Shown here: one piece after another, positions 1-11,093 of the stretch
Layout of the letters: each line of letters starts with the position of its first letter
How positions within the stretch are numbered: the first letter of the stretch is position 1
Assembly (NCBI GenBank): GCA_029861845.1
Contig: JAOTYM010000002.1
Location: 19,510-83,509 of the forward strand
Source: Gammaproteobacteria bacterium
Lineage (GTDB): Bacteria; Pseudomonadota; Gammaproteobacteria; Acidiferrobacterales; SPGG2
Direction of reading: 5' to 3'
DNA: 64,000 nt
The notes under the pieces: model-generated
Databases searched by the model: none
What the model saw: the letters and a program-made list of their open reading frames with translations, nothing else
Told to the model about the DNA's origin: nothing
Position numbers and translations under genes: made by a program

Positions 1-564
1 GGAAATATGCTCGCGGCTGGCGGCAAGGACCGTGTCGTATTCGTATGGGACGTAGCCACTGGCGCGTTAGTCTATAGTTTCGAAGGCCACCGCGATGACG
101 TACAGGCGGTGGCTTTCTCGGCCGATGGCCGCTTGCTTGCTTCCGGTGGGGCAGACCGCAAGATCAAACTTTGGGATCTTAGTCACGGTAGAGAAATAGC
201 AACCCTGCGGGGACATAAAGACGTGGTGCTGTCACTGGCGTTCTCGCCTGACGGCCGACTCCTTGCCTCGGGCGGCTCAAAGAACGTAGTAAAATTTTGG
301 AACGCGCGTAGCGGCAGGCTGATTCGGACATTGTCTGGCGTGCGCCAGGCAGTGCTGTCCCTTGCCTTTTCGCCGGATGGCAAATGGTTGGCAACGGCCG
401 GTGGCGGAAACGCAATCAAGCTCTGGCATACGGAAAATGCTAGCGTAGCGAAAACACTAAACGGGCATAAGGGCTACATCCACGCGGTGGCATTTTCACC
501 CGATGGTGCGCGACTGGCCTCGGCCAGCCGTGACCAGACCATCAAGATCTGGACTTCGAAATAA
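1..564 (+). CDS. WD40-repeat protein, C-terminal fragment (5' end lies outside the window)
   Basis: Frame +1 is open from base 1, so the ATG at 7 that starts the track ORF is internal. The translation is at least 4 tandem WD40 units with the recurring pattern GH.d.V.avAFSpDGrlLAS.g.d..IKlWd. Stop codon at 562-564. Confidence 0.8.
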   Translation, partial: GNMLAAGGKDRVVFVWDVATGALVYSFEGHRDDVQAVAFSADGRLLASGGADRKIKLWDLSHGREIATLRGHKDVVLSLAFSPDGRLLASGGSKNVVKFWNARSGRLIRTLSGVRQAVLSLAFSPDGKWLATAGGGNAIKLWHTENASVAKTLNGHKGYIHAVAFSPDGARLASASRDQTIKIWTSK

Positions 565-594
565 ACGCCTAGCATCATGGCCGCCGTCGGCGAG

Positions 595-1953
595 CTATTC
601 TTCATCTACTGTTTGCACTATGCAGCCAAGACGACCGCGGGCGAGCTTGGCGGTAACCCCATCACCACTTTTCACTTCCCTGGCATCACGGATGATCGTG
701 GCGGCATCTGTTTTCTGCACTATTGCGTAACCACGCTCGAGGGTTGCTAGCGGACTTAGGGTATTTAGGTTTTGGACGACGGCGGCAAGCCTCTGTCGGT
801 GACGTTTAATATTGTTGTCGATAGCAAGATGAAATCTACGGTCGAGGTGCGCGCATCGTTGTGTGAGCTGTCCCACCCGTGTCGCAGGTGAAACCTGACT
901 GAGACGCGCACGTAGGCTGGCGAGGTGGGTAGACACAGCCTGAATGTGAGAAACTGTAGCTGAACGCAGGCGTCTCCTCAGGTTGTGCAAACGTTCCGCT
1001 AGCAAGATGATACGTTGGCGTGGATGTACTAGGCGTGCGTTAAGCCAGTCGAGTTTTTGCTGTTTGCCAGAGAGCGTTTCTTGCATCGCTCTCAGCAAAC
1101 GCCTTTCCTTCTCTCGGTAATGGCCGGCCCATTCGTTTTGGTCCGGGCTCAATAGTTCTGCCGCCGCGGTTGGCGTCGGCGCGCGAACGTCCGCCACAAA
1201 ATCAGCGATAGTAGCATCTGTTTCATGGCCGACTCCGCAGACGATAGGGACCTGGCAACTATAGATTGCCCGCGCGACGACTTCCTCATTGAACGCCCAC
1301 AGATCTTCAAGCGATCCACCACCGCGTGTGAGTATGAGCGCATCGCAATCACGGCGGGCCGACGCGAGATTTATCGCCGCCATAATCTCGTTCGCCGCAT
1401 CGCTGCCCTGTACCGGTATGGGATAAAGCAGAACAGCAATTGCGGGGAAACGTCGTCGTAGCGTGGTGACGACGTCATAAAGGACAGCGCTGGTGGGCGA
1501 GGTGATGATGCCGATACGTTTAGGCAGTGACGGGAGCGGTTTTTTGTGCGCCAAATCGAACAGACCCTCATCGGCAAGACGTCGTTTCAATGCTTCTAGT
1601 GCCCGCCTAAGGGCGCCTTCGCCCGCTTCCTCAAGCTCCTCCACAATAAGTTGGAATTCCCCGCGCCCTTCGTAGAGGCTCACACGCGCACGGACTAAGA
1701 CCTGTGCCCCATTGCTAGGTGTTGTTCCAACTCTCCGCAGTTGAGTGCGGAACAACGCACACCTCACCTGTGCTCGATCATCTTTTAGCGAAAAATAGGT
1801 ATGGCCCGAGCCGGGCTGAGCAAGATTGGAGATTTCTCCTTCGACCCACACGACCACAGGAAAGCCGCTTTCGAGCACGCGTTTGGCAGCGCGATTTAGG
1901 CGAGCGACACTATAGATCTCGCGCTGCGTTGGTAGTGGTAATTGTTCCTGCAT
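595..1953 (-). CDS. xseA: Exodeoxyribonuclease VII large subunit
   Basis: Track ORF 595..2049. The N-terminal OB-fold block (VWVEGEISN..PGSGHTYFSLKD) and the long helical C-terminus are typical of XseA. Alignment to XseA N-termini favours the ATG at 1953 (MQEQLPL..); an alternative ATG is at 1965. The 2049 start is probably upstream read-through. Divergent from guaB, as in many gammaproteobacteria. Confidence 0.85.
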   Translation of the reverse strand: MQEQLPLPTQREIYSVARLNRAAKRVLESGFPVVVWVEGEISNLAQPGSGHTYFSLKDDRAQVRCALFRTQLRRVGTTPSNGAQVLVRARVSLYEGRGEFQLIVEELEEAGEGALRRALEALKRRLADEGLFDLAHKKPLPSLPKRIGIITSPTSAVLYDVVTTLRRRFPAIAVLLYPIPVQGSDAANEIMAAINLASARRDCDALILTRGGGSLEDLWAFNEEVVARAIYSCQVPIVCGVGHETDATIADFVADVRAPTPTAAAELLSPDQNEWAGHYREKERRLLRAMQETLSGKQQKLDWLNARLVHPRQRIILLAERLHNLRRRLRSATVSHIQAVSTHLASLRARLSQVSPATRVGQLTQRCAHLDRRFHLAIDNNIKRHRQRLAAVVQNLNTLSPLATLERGYAIVQKTDAATIIRDAREVKSGDGVTAKLARGRLGCIVQTVDEE

Positions 1954-2072
1954 ACCTGGAAACATACTCCTAATCAGCACAACTAAAAAGCAGGGTCGGA
2001 AGGCGTGGCAACGAATCTTTAGGAGCAGCTCTCGGGCCCAGTGGACCAAGGCGTTTCGACTCTATATAATAG

Positions 2073-3560
<1,488 letters not shown>

Positions 3561-3629
3561 CCTTAGCTCGATAGTGGTAGGTAGTCCCTTAGTTGAGAAG
3601 TTTGTCATGCGTGCACGCGCCCAACTCCT

Positions 3630-5201
3630 ATGTTAGATCCACATTCGCAGCGAATTCTCATCCTCGATTTTGGCTCCCAGTACACGCAGTTGATAGCTCG
3701 GCGGGTACGCGAAGCTGGTGTTTATTGTGAACTCCATCCCTATGACATGTCGCCAGAGGCGATCGAAGCATTCGCACCACGCGGAATAATCCTTTCAGGT
3801 GGGCCTGAGTCGGTGACGCTGTCCGAAACACCGCGTCCGCCTAAATCGATTTTTAATATGAACGTACCGATACTCGGTATCTGTTATGGCATGAATGTTC
3901 TGGCGGCCGAATTCGGAGGTTCTGTGGATGCGTCGGCGCGTCGGGAGTTTGGTCACGCACAAGTGCGCGTCAGTGGCAGTTCGCGATTGCTCGACAACCT
4001 ACAAGATGGTGCATATAACGGTGGCGTACGAACCCTCGAGGTCTGGATGAGTCATGGCGATCGGGTAGAAGTCGTACCACCAGGCTTTGCAGCTATAGCT
4101 AGCACCGACAATGCGCCGTTCGCCGGGATTAGTGACGAGCGTCGCGGCTTCTACGGTCTACAGTTCCACCCGGAGGTTACGCACACGCGTCAAGGTAAGG
4201 CAATTCTGCAACGATTTACTCACGACATCTGTGGATGTCCGGCGTTATGGACCGCCGAACATATCGTCGAAAATCTTATCGAGTCGGTACGCGCTCAGGT
4301 TGGGGATGATGAAGTCGTACTCGGTCTGTCAGGTGGTGTCGACTCATCCGTGGTGGCAGCACTCTTACACCGTGCAATTGGCGATCAGCTTACTTGCATT
4401 TTCGTGGACAATGGTTTCTTACGCCTGGACGAAGCGGATCAGGTGATGGCGACCTTTGCTGACGTTCTTGATATGAAACCAGTGCGCGTGGATGCGGAGG
4501 ACAGGTTTTTGTCCGCAGTCAGTGGTGTCTCCGATCCCGAAGTTAAGCGCAAGATTATCGGCCGAACTTTCATTGAGATTTTCGAGGAACAGGCGGCCCG
4601 GACAAACGCCAAGTGGCTTGCCCAGGGCACTATCTATCCTGATGTGATTGAGTCGGCCGGTGCGAAAACCGGAAAGGCTCATGTCATTAAATCGCATCAC
4701 AATGTCGGTGGTCTTCCCGAGCGCCTTAATTTGCAGCTTTTGGAACCGCTGCGAGAACTGTTCAAGGATGAAGTGCGCCGCGTGGGCGAGACACTGGGTC
4801 TACCACGGGACATGGTATATCGCCACCCGTTTCCTGGGCCGGGCCTGGGCGTGCGCATATTGGGTGAAGTAAAAAAGGAATATGCAGACGTGCTGCGACT
4901 GGCCGACAGTATTTATTTGGAGGAACTAAGGCGGAACGGTTTGTACGATAAGGTCAGTCAGGCGTTCGCGGTATTTTTACCGGTTAAGTCCGTAGGCGTT
5001 GTTGGCGACCAGCGGGCCTACGAGTACGTAATCGCATTGCGTGCGGTCGAAACAGTCGATTTTATGACAGCTACTTGGGCCCACATTCCTTACGATGTTT
5101 TGGCAACGATTTCGAGGCGAATCATTAACGAAGTGCGCGGAATAAGCCGCGTAGTATACGACATCTCGGGTAAGCCGCCGGCAACGATCGAATGGGAGTA
5201 A
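3630..5201 (+). CDS. guaA: GMP synthase (glutamine-hydrolysing)
   Basis: 523 aa. GATase N-domain (ILGICYGM), PP-loop SGGVDSSV, and the C-terminal KPPATIEWE signature. Confidence 0.95.
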   Translation: MLDPHSQRILILDFGSQYTQLIARRVREAGVYCELHPYDMSPEAIEAFAPRGIILSGGPESVTLSETPRPPKSIFNMNVPILGICYGMNVLAAEFGGSVDASARREFGHAQVRVSGSSRLLDNLQDGAYNGGVRTLEVWMSHGDRVEVVPPGFAAIASTDNAPFAGISDERRGFYGLQFHPEVTHTRQGKAILQRFTHDICGCPALWTAEHIVENLIESVRAQVGDDEVVLGLSGGVDSSVVAALLHRAIGDQLTCIFVDNGFLRLDEADQVMATFADVLDMKPVRVDAEDRFLSAVSGVSDPEVKRKIIGRTFIEIFEEQAARTNAKWLAQGTIYPDVIESAGAKTGKAHVIKSHHNVGGLPERLNLQLLEPLRELFKDEVRRVGETLGLPRDMVYRHPFPGPGLGVRILGEVKKEYADVLRLADSIYLEELRRNGLYDKVSQAFAVFLPVKSVGVVGDQRAYEYVIALRAVETVDFMTATWAHIPYDVLATISRRIINEVRGISRVVYDISGKPPATIEWE

Positions 5202-5211
5202 CCTTGGCGGT

Positions 5212-5724
5212 GTGGCGGCGATGGCGCGAGCCCATCTTTCCCAAGTCATGATGACCGACAACGAACGATGCCGGGACGCAGATGACGCGAAGTGGATGCG
5301 TCACGCGCTTAGATTAGCAGAGCGGGCTGAAGAAGAAGGCGAAGTGCCAGTAGGCGCGTTGGTAGTGATTGAGGAGGAACTCGTCGCCGAAGGTTGGAAC
5401 CGAACCATCAATACCCGCGATCCAACTGGCCACGCCGAGATCATTGCATTGCGTGCGGCTGCTAATCGCGTTGGCAATTATCGCCTTCTCGGGTCAACGC
5501 TTTATGTTACGCTCGAGCCTTGCGTGATGTGTGCCGGGGCCATCGTACAGGCGCGTGTATCGCGTTTGGTTTACGGTGCTGCCGATGCACAAGCTGGCGC
5601 CGCCGGATCCGCATTCAATCTGTTGCAGGGCGCGGGGTTGAATCATGAATCGCAGATTAGCGGCAATGTTTTAGGTGATGTCTGTAGTGAACGACTGCGG
5701 GCGTTCTTCGAGCATCGGCGCTAG
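5212..5724 (+). CDS. tadA: tRNA-specific adenosine deaminase
   Basis: 170 aa with the CDA zinc motifs HAEIIALR and PCVMCAGAI. The true start may be the MMTDN methionines at 5248/5251. Confidence 0.85.
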   Translation: MAAMARAHLSQVMMTDNERCRDADDAKWMRHALRLAERAEEEGEVPVGALVVIEEELVAEGWNRTINTRDPTGHAEIIALRAAANRVGNYRLLGSTLYVTLEPCVMCAGAIVQARVSRLVYGAADAQAGAAGSAFNLLQGAGLNHESQISGNVLGDVCSERLRAFFEHRR

Positions 5725-5764
5725 CCAAGCAGGCCTTATCGACGCTTGTATTGGTGCAAAGATG

Positions 5765-7222
5765 TTAGATGGCCGGAGCCCGTAGGTCGAAGTCCTCGAC
5801 CTCATCGGCAAAGTCAATCTCGCTATCGATCTTTACCAGCACATCATAGTATGTCCTTATTCGCGTGACGAACCTTACTGGCTCTATCCCACGCGCATAT
5901 CCATGCCTGGTCTTCTTATACCAGGTACGTCGTGATAATAAGGGAAGCGACTGCTTGACGTCGTTCCAGCGGTTGGGGTTTCGACCTAGCCGCCGTGTAA
6001 TTATTCTGGCGTCTGCCACGTGGTTGATTCCGACGTTGTAGGCGGCCAGGGCCATCCATGTGCGGTCTGGCTCTTTGACTGAGCTCGGCATCTTGTCGAT
6101 CAGGATGCGTATATAACGACTACCACCATCAATGCTCTGGCCCGGATCAACGCGGTTCAACACGCCAAGTTGCTTGGCGGTTGGCTGCGTTAGCATCATG
6201 ACACCACGAACTCCGGTTGGTGAGACAGCTTGAGGATCCCAATAGGACTCTTGGTAGCCGATTGCTGCAAGCAATCGCCAGTCTACTTCGTACTTTCTGC
6301 CCGCCCGCTCGAAAAACGATTGGTAATTGGGCAAACGCTTTTCGATTCTTGCTTGGTAGACTGCAAGGTTTATGTAGTTAAAACGATCAGAAGCACCGTA
6401 GTAGCGTTCAATTAGTCGTGCCAGTTCACCTGACTTCTTAAGTTTTGTCAGGTAGAGCGTTGCCCTGTTGTACAAGCTGTTATCGTCGCTAAGCGGAAAG
6501 GCCCAAGCGAGTTGTTGTGATTTGCCCAAGGTCAAAGCGACACGCAGTTCTGGGTAGTATTGTCGTGTAATGGCGACGATGTTCGAGTCGGCAACGGTTA
6601 GCTCGAGTAAACCCTCCGATACGGATTGTAGTAACTCTTCCGTACTTTGATCATCGATTTCGGTCCATTCGAGGTCTGGATGGTTGTCCTTAAGAGCTGT
6701 TAGGCGTTCGGCGTGACTACCCCCCCTCACAACTTCCAGCTGTCGGCCTACGAGATCAGCTACGTCCTTGGGCGGCACTGTGCCGAGCCGGTATACAATC
6801 TGTTGATGAATCTCCTGGTAGGACGGTGAGAATCGAATGATTTTCTTTCTGGCGTCTGTAATAGTAAGGGCAGCTGCCGCTATGTGCGCCTTTTCGTTAG
6901 TGAGCATTGGCAACATTTGGTTGAAATCGTCGTGGACGACCATCTCAAGTTCCACGCCCAGGCTGTCAGCAAAACCATTCAGCATGTCAAATTCTATGCC
7001 GGCTGGGCCCTCTGGGCCTTCATAAAAGGTTGTGGGCGCATTGCGGGTAAGAACGATGAGTTTGCCATCATCTCTCAGAGCCTCGAGCGTCGTAACCGCA
7101 GGCCCGTTACAGGCGCCGAGGGCGACACATGTGGTTAGCGATAGGACCGTGTAGAACGGCGGCTGCCTGATAGGTTGGGAGTGATTTCTACGCACGATGG
7201 CTGCAGTGGGAATAGTATTCAA
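5765..7222 (-). CDS. mltF: Membrane-bound lytic murein transglycosylase F-like (periplasmic solute-binding domain + SLT domain)
   Basis: 485 aa. Signal/lipoprotein-like N-terminus, an SBP-3-like domain, and a C-terminal SLT catalytic region (GYQESYWDP..GVMMLT..AYNVG). Confidence 0.8.
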   Translation of the reverse strand: MNTIPTAAIVRRNHSQPIRQPPFYTVLSLTTCVALGACNGPAVTTLEALRDDGKLIVLTRNAPTTFYEGPEGPAGIEFDMLNGFADSLGVELEMVVHDDFNQMLPMLTNEKAHIAAAALTITDARKKIIRFSPSYQEIHQQIVYRLGTVPPKDVADLVGRQLEVVRGGSHAERLTALKDNHPDLEWTEIDDQSTEELLQSVSEGLLELTVADSNIVAITRQYYPELRVALTLGKSQQLAWAFPLSDDNSLYNRATLYLTKLKKSGELARLIERYYGASDRFNYINLAVYQARIEKRLPNYQSFFERAGRKYEVDWRLLAAIGYQESYWDPQAVSPTGVRGVMMLTQPTAKQLGVLNRVDPGQSIDGGSRYIRILIDKMPSSVKEPDRTWMALAAYNVGINHVADARIITRRLGRNPNRWNDVKQSLPLLSRRTWYKKTRHGYARGIEPVRFVTRIRTYYDVLVKIDSEIDFADEVEDFDLRAPAI

Positions 7223-7322
7223 AGCTTGCAGGGCTTATGAAAGTATAGCCAGACGTGGCGGTTGTGGTCAGTTGCGAGTCCACGTAAGCTACTTTATGCG
7301 TTTGCCTAAGACGCGATAGTCT

Positions 7323-7412
7323 GGAGAGGTGCCGGAGCGGTTGAACGGGGCGGACTCGAAATCCGCTGTGGCGCTTGCGCCACCCAGGGTTCGAATCCCT
7401 GCCTCTCCGCCA
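7323..7412 (+). tRNA. tRNA-Ser (anticodon CGA)
   Basis: Hand-folded class II cloverleaf. Acceptor GGAGAGG/CCTCTCC, anticodon stem GCGGA/TCCGC with loop CTCGAAA, long variable arm, T-arm CAGGG-TTCGAAT-CCCTG, discriminator G and an encoded CCA. Confidence 0.9.
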
Positions 7413-7659
7413 AATCAATAACTTAAAGCGCTAGCTGGCGGAGTGGATAAAGCGTGATCCACTAGCATACAAGAATTAGCAGAAACGAGCGGGGATACGA
7501 CATCTATGTTATGCAAGCTGGCTTAAGTGCCTTGCGGGATGCACGTGGGGCATCGGCGTAATTCTGAAGTTGCTATCCAAGCATTGCGCTGCTTCCGAAA
7601 ACTGGTTTAACCTTACTGCCGTAGTCGATAGCTACACTTTCGTGTCGAGTGCGCCAACC

Positions 7660-7751
<92 letters not shown>

Positions 7752-7755
7752 GAAC

Positions 7756-7787
7756 AAAAAGGGAGGTCCCGTGCGGACCTCCTTTTT
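7756..7787 (+). terminator. Rho-independent terminator after tRNA-Ser(GGA)
   Basis: AAAAA-GGAGGTCC(7762-7769)-loop-GGACCTCC(7775-7782)-TTTTT. This is a perfect 8-bp GC-rich stem with a T-run; the flanking A-run makes it potentially bidirectional. Confidence 0.75.
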
Positions 7788-8065
7788 GTAGATTAGCGAC
7801 GGTTCGATTCGAACCCGATCGAAATGGTCGAATCCCGATGTGCGTGGACGCACAAGTGCCGCGAGTGCACGGATGCACAGGAGCGGCTTCCGTGTCCGCC
7901 ATATCAGAACAGAGGACAGATTAGCCCGGTGCCTAGATGTTCTGTCTTCCGTCTTTAGCCGTGTCCGAGGACAAAGGACTCGAACCCCAGGCTCTTGAGT
8001 TTCAGTGCTTGGTCTCCCGTCTTCAGCCCTTGGGTTTTCGTGATACACTGCGGCATCGAGACTAT

Positions 8066-8182
8066 GGCGGCGAAGGTCGGTCCCCCCGGCGACGACAGGT
8101 TGTGAACCCGGTCAGGTCCGGAAGGAAGCAGCCGCAGCGGCCAGTTCGGGTGCTGGGGTGCGGCAGGCCGGAGCCGCCACCC
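8066..8182 (+). ncRNA. ffs: Signal recognition particle RNA (4.5S RNA)
   Basis: Contains the universally conserved domain IV motif GTCAGGTCCGGAAGGAAGCAGCC (8111-8133). The 5' GGCGGC (8066-8071) pairs with the 3' GCCGCC (8173-8178), followed by ACCC as in E. coli 4.5S RNA. Length is ~117 nt. It sits immediately upstream of dnaX, a common arrangement. Confidence 0.8.
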
Positions 8183-8208
8183 ACCTGTGATCTCGAACCA
8201 GTTTATCC

Positions 8209-9789
8209 ATGACCCTGTTGGCGAAGCCAGTGAGCTATAAGGTTCTTGCACGTAAATACCGTCCCCGCACGTTTTCGGAAGTTGTGGGCCAGGAACACGT
8301 GGTGCGGGCGCTCGTACACGCCCTTGACCATGATCGCGTGCACCATGCGTTCTTATTTGCGGGCACGCGGGGAATTGGTAAAACTACGATCGCGCGGGTT
8401 CTGGCCAAGTCACTCAATTGTGAACAAGGTGTGGGATCACAGCCTTGTGGAGTTTGTCAGGCCTGCGTCGAGTTGGACGAAGGACGCTTTGTTGATCTCA
8501 TTGAGGTCGATGCGGCGTCTCGAACGAAAGTTGATGATACCCGCGAGTTGCTTGAGAACGTGCAATACGCGCCAATGCGCGGTCGTTTCAAGGTATATTT
8601 GATCGATGAAGTCCATATGCTCTCGGGCCATAGCTTTAATGCCCTGCTGAAAACGCTCGAAGAACCTCCGCCGCACATCAAGTTCCTGCTAGCTACCACC
8701 GATCCACAGAAACTGCCAGTAACGGTGCTATCTCGCTGTCTTCAGTTTAACCTTAAAAAGTTATTGCCAGACTTGATTCAGCCGCAGTTGCAGAAGATCT
8801 TGAAGGCCGAAGCTATTCCTTATGATGCAGGCGCGTTGGCGCTACTGGCGCGCGCCGCCGATGGCAGTATGCGGGATGCTTTAAGCCTCTTGGATCAGGC
8901 GATTGCATACTCGGGCGGTACCGTCGACGAAAGCCAGGTGCGAGAGATGTTAGGTAGTATTGATCAGGCTGCGATCGCAAGGCTTCTGGGTGCTTTGTCC
9001 ACAGGGGACGCGAAGGCACTCGTAGCGGTAGTCGCTGAGATTTCCGAGCATGGCGTGGATCACGATGCCGTGCTTAGTGAACTATTGCTTAGATTGCACC
9101 AGATCTCGCTCGCCCAGATTGACGCGGAGCTACTCAATAGTGTTAACGAAGACAAAGAAACGATTCTTGCCAATGCACATAGTATGACGCCTGAGGATGT
9201 GCAGCTCTATTATCAGATCGGTATAGTTGGTCGGCGTGATTTGCCATTTGCGCCAGATGCACGCACCGGACTTGAGATGGTGTTGCTACGAATGCTGGCT
9301 TTTCGACCGGCGACGGATGCAGACGCAAAGCAGAATTTACAGACCCCAACTAAGGTTAGCGCCTCGGACACCATTGTCGGTAGCGTAGCGAGTAGTGAGC
9401 CGAAAGTCTCACCAGGTGACTGGGAAAGTGTTGTCGAGCGATTGAAAGTTGACGGGTTTGTGCGGGAGATGGCACATAATAGTACGGTAGAATCCTTCGC
9501 TAAAGGCGATATGGTGTTGGTGTTGGACGAGAGTTGCGCACAGCTTTACAACAAGGAGCGCGAAGCCGCGCTGCGTGAGGCCTTGGAAGAGTTCTATGGC
9601 ACAGGCATGCAGTTAAACATACGAGTTAGTCGGCCTAACGGAGAGACGCCGGCGCAGAAACGCTCGCGTATGGAGGATATTCGCCAGAAGGCGGCAGTCG
9701 ATGCAATCTACAATGACCCAAACATAAAGGCATTGGAAGAGCGATTTGATGCACGTGTGAATCCAGCTTCTATTCGACCCAAAAGCTGA
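8209..9789 (+). CDS. dnaX: DNA polymerase III subunit tau/gamma
   Basis: 526 aa. Walker A GTRGIGKTT, a zinc module CEQGVGSQPCGVCQAC, and the SRC motif (VLSRC). Confidence 0.9.
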   Translation: MTLLAKPVSYKVLARKYRPRTFSEVVGQEHVVRALVHALDHDRVHHAFLFAGTRGIGKTTIARVLAKSLNCEQGVGSQPCGVCQACVELDEGRFVDLIEVDAASRTKVDDTRELLENVQYAPMRGRFKVYLIDEVHMLSGHSFNALLKTLEEPPPHIKFLLATTDPQKLPVTVLSRCLQFNLKKLLPDLIQPQLQKILKAEAIPYDAGALALLARAADGSMRDALSLLDQAIAYSGGTVDESQVREMLGSIDQAAIARLLGALSTGDAKALVAVVAEISEHGVDHDAVLSELLLRLHQISLAQIDAELLNSVNEDKETILANAHSMTPEDVQLYYQIGIVGRRDLPFAPDARTGLEMVLLRMLAFRPATDADAKQNLQTPTKVSASDTIVGSVASSEPKVSPGDWESVVERLKVDGFVREMAHNSTVESFAKGDMVLVLDESCAQLYNKEREAALREALEEFYGTGMQLNIRVSRPNGETPAQKRSRMEDIRQKAAVDAIYNDPNIKALEERFDARVNPASIRPKS

Positions 9790-9831
9790 CAGCGTAGCAC
9801 CATCTGGAATGGGTCAGTTGGAGGATAAGTA

Positions 9832-10152
9832 ATGAAAGGCGGACTTGGCAATATTATGAAGCAGGCGCAAGCAATGCAGGAAAACTTGCGCCGTGCGCAG
9901 GAAGAGTTGGCGAAAATCGAGGTAACCGGGACTGCTGGTGGTGGTGTGGTTAGTGTGACTATGACATGTCGTCACGACGTCAAAAAGATCCAAGTCGACT
10001 CAAGTCTGATGGATGATGACAAGGAGGTATTGGAAGACTTGGTCGCGGCGGCCGTCAATGACGCTGTGCGCAAAGTAGAAAAGGCGAGTCAGGAAAAGTT
10101 AGCTGGATTAACCGGCGGTCTAAACATACCAGGACTTAACCTACCGTTCTAA
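9832..10152 (+). CDS. ybaB: Nucleoid-associated protein YbaB/EbfC
   Basis: 106 aa. [19 protein letters not shown].. is the typical family N-terminus. Conserved dnaX-ybaB-recR context. Confidence 0.9.
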   Translation: MKGGLGNIMKQAQAMQENLRRAQEELAKIEVTGTAGGGVVSVTMTCRHDVKKIQVDSSLMDDDKEVLEDLVAAAVNDAVRKVEKASQEKLAGLTGGLNIPGLNLPF

Positions 10153-10162
10153 GCAGTACTAC

Positions 10163-10780
10163 ATGTCAGATAAGCACGATCGAGGGGCTGTAGCCCCGGC
10201 GATTGAAAACCTTAAGCAGGCTTTGCGTCGGCTCCCTGGGGTTGGTCCCAAGGGTGCTCAGCGTATGGCTTTGCATTTGCTTGAGCGAGATCGCGAGGGA
10301 GCTAAACAGATTGTGGATACGCTATGCCATGCGCTTGATCGGGTGATCCATTGTAATCGTTGTAACAATTTTAGTGAGCACGAGATTTGCCCGATCTGTA
10401 GCTCGCAACGTCGAGATCGCTCCCAGTTGTGCATCGTCGAGTCGCCGGCCGATCTAATGTCGCTTGAACAGGCGGGTGTGTACAAAGGATTGTATTTTAT
10501 TCTAATGGGACACTTGTCGCCGCTCGATGGTATTGGCCCTGACGAACTCGGTATCCCTCGCCTGGAGGTGCTGCTAAACGAGGGAGTGATCCGTGAGGTC
10601 ATACTGGCGACGAACTTGACGGTGGAGGGTGAGGCAACGGCGCACTATATCAGTGAGCTCGTACGGGCGCGGAAAATGCGTGCAACCCGTATAGCCTACG
10701 GCGTCCCGGTGGGTGGCGAGCTCGAGTATGTCGATCAAGGAACACTGGCCCGGGCGTTCGCTGGGAGGCGTGAAGCGTAG
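10163..10780 (+). CDS. recR: Recombination protein RecR
   Basis: 205 aa. HhH (LPGVGPKGAQRMA), C4 zinc finger (CNRCNNFSEHEICPIC), and a Toprim domain. Confidence 0.95.
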   Translation: MSDKHDRGAVAPAIENLKQALRRLPGVGPKGAQRMALHLLERDREGAKQIVDTLCHALDRVIHCNRCNNFSEHEICPICSSQRRDRSQLCIVESPADLMSLEQAGVYKGLYFILMGHLSPLDGIGPDELGIPRLEVLLNEGVIREVILATNLTVEGEATAHYISELVRARKMRATRIAYGVPVGGELEYVDQGTLARAFAGRREA

Positions 10781-11093
10781 CGATGGCGACGCAGTTATGT
10801 GGTCGGTTGGGCCCCGATAGGGGGGCAGTGGCCATATTTTTGTAATCGGAACCAACGTTGTTTAAGCGGTATGGTAACGATTATTCGCCAATGGCGATCA
10901 CCGGCAGTTGGCTCGGTGCGCTGGTGGTAAGCAAACTGAAAAGGAAGAACATAAGGGAGGGAATTCCGCTGTTTACAGCATCGAGCCCGACCACAGACCC
11001 GTAAACCCATTTTTTGCCCATATTTGGGCGACCCATGGCCTACATGCGCGATAGTGGGGATGACCCTCGACAAGTCCTTTGACGTTAATATAG

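Noticed and set aside
7442-7463. Hairpin AGTGGAT-N8-ATCCACT in the spacer between the two tRNA-Ser genes, considered as a terminator.
   Set aside because: The 7-bp stem is not followed by a T-tract. It may be a processing or structural element of a tRNA precursor, but there is not enough evidence to annotate it.
7962-8050. A minus-strand tRNA (Sec/Leu/Ser-like) suggested by GGGGTTCGAGTCC plus an acceptor-like 3' strand.
   Set aside because: I could not find a complementary 5' acceptor strand, a D-arm or an anticodon stem at appropriate distances. The T-stem would have only 2 GC plus 2 GU pairs, and the 3' end reads ACA rather than CCA. At best it is a tRNA fragment; it is reported as part of the unassigned-spacer finding.
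8754-8760. T AAA AAG in dnaX (CTT AAA AAG) as a possible tau/gamma -1 frameshift site.
   Set aside because: It lies at codon ~183, far upstream of where the E. coli gamma frameshift occurs (~codon 430). Its first base is T rather than A, so it is not a true A AAA AAG heptamer. I saw no A AAA AAG elsewhere in the gene.
10891-11004. A 37-codon ORF (MAITGSWLGALVVSKLKRKNIREGIPLFTASSPTTDP) in the recR / ECF-sigma spacer, plus ECF-like GGAAC/GGAAT motifs at ~10848 and ~10962.
   Set aside because: There is no SD sequence and no recognisable family, and the ORF is short enough to occur by chance. The -35-like motifs lack convincing -10 partners at 16-17 nt, so I cannot support either a small gene or a specific ECF promoter.
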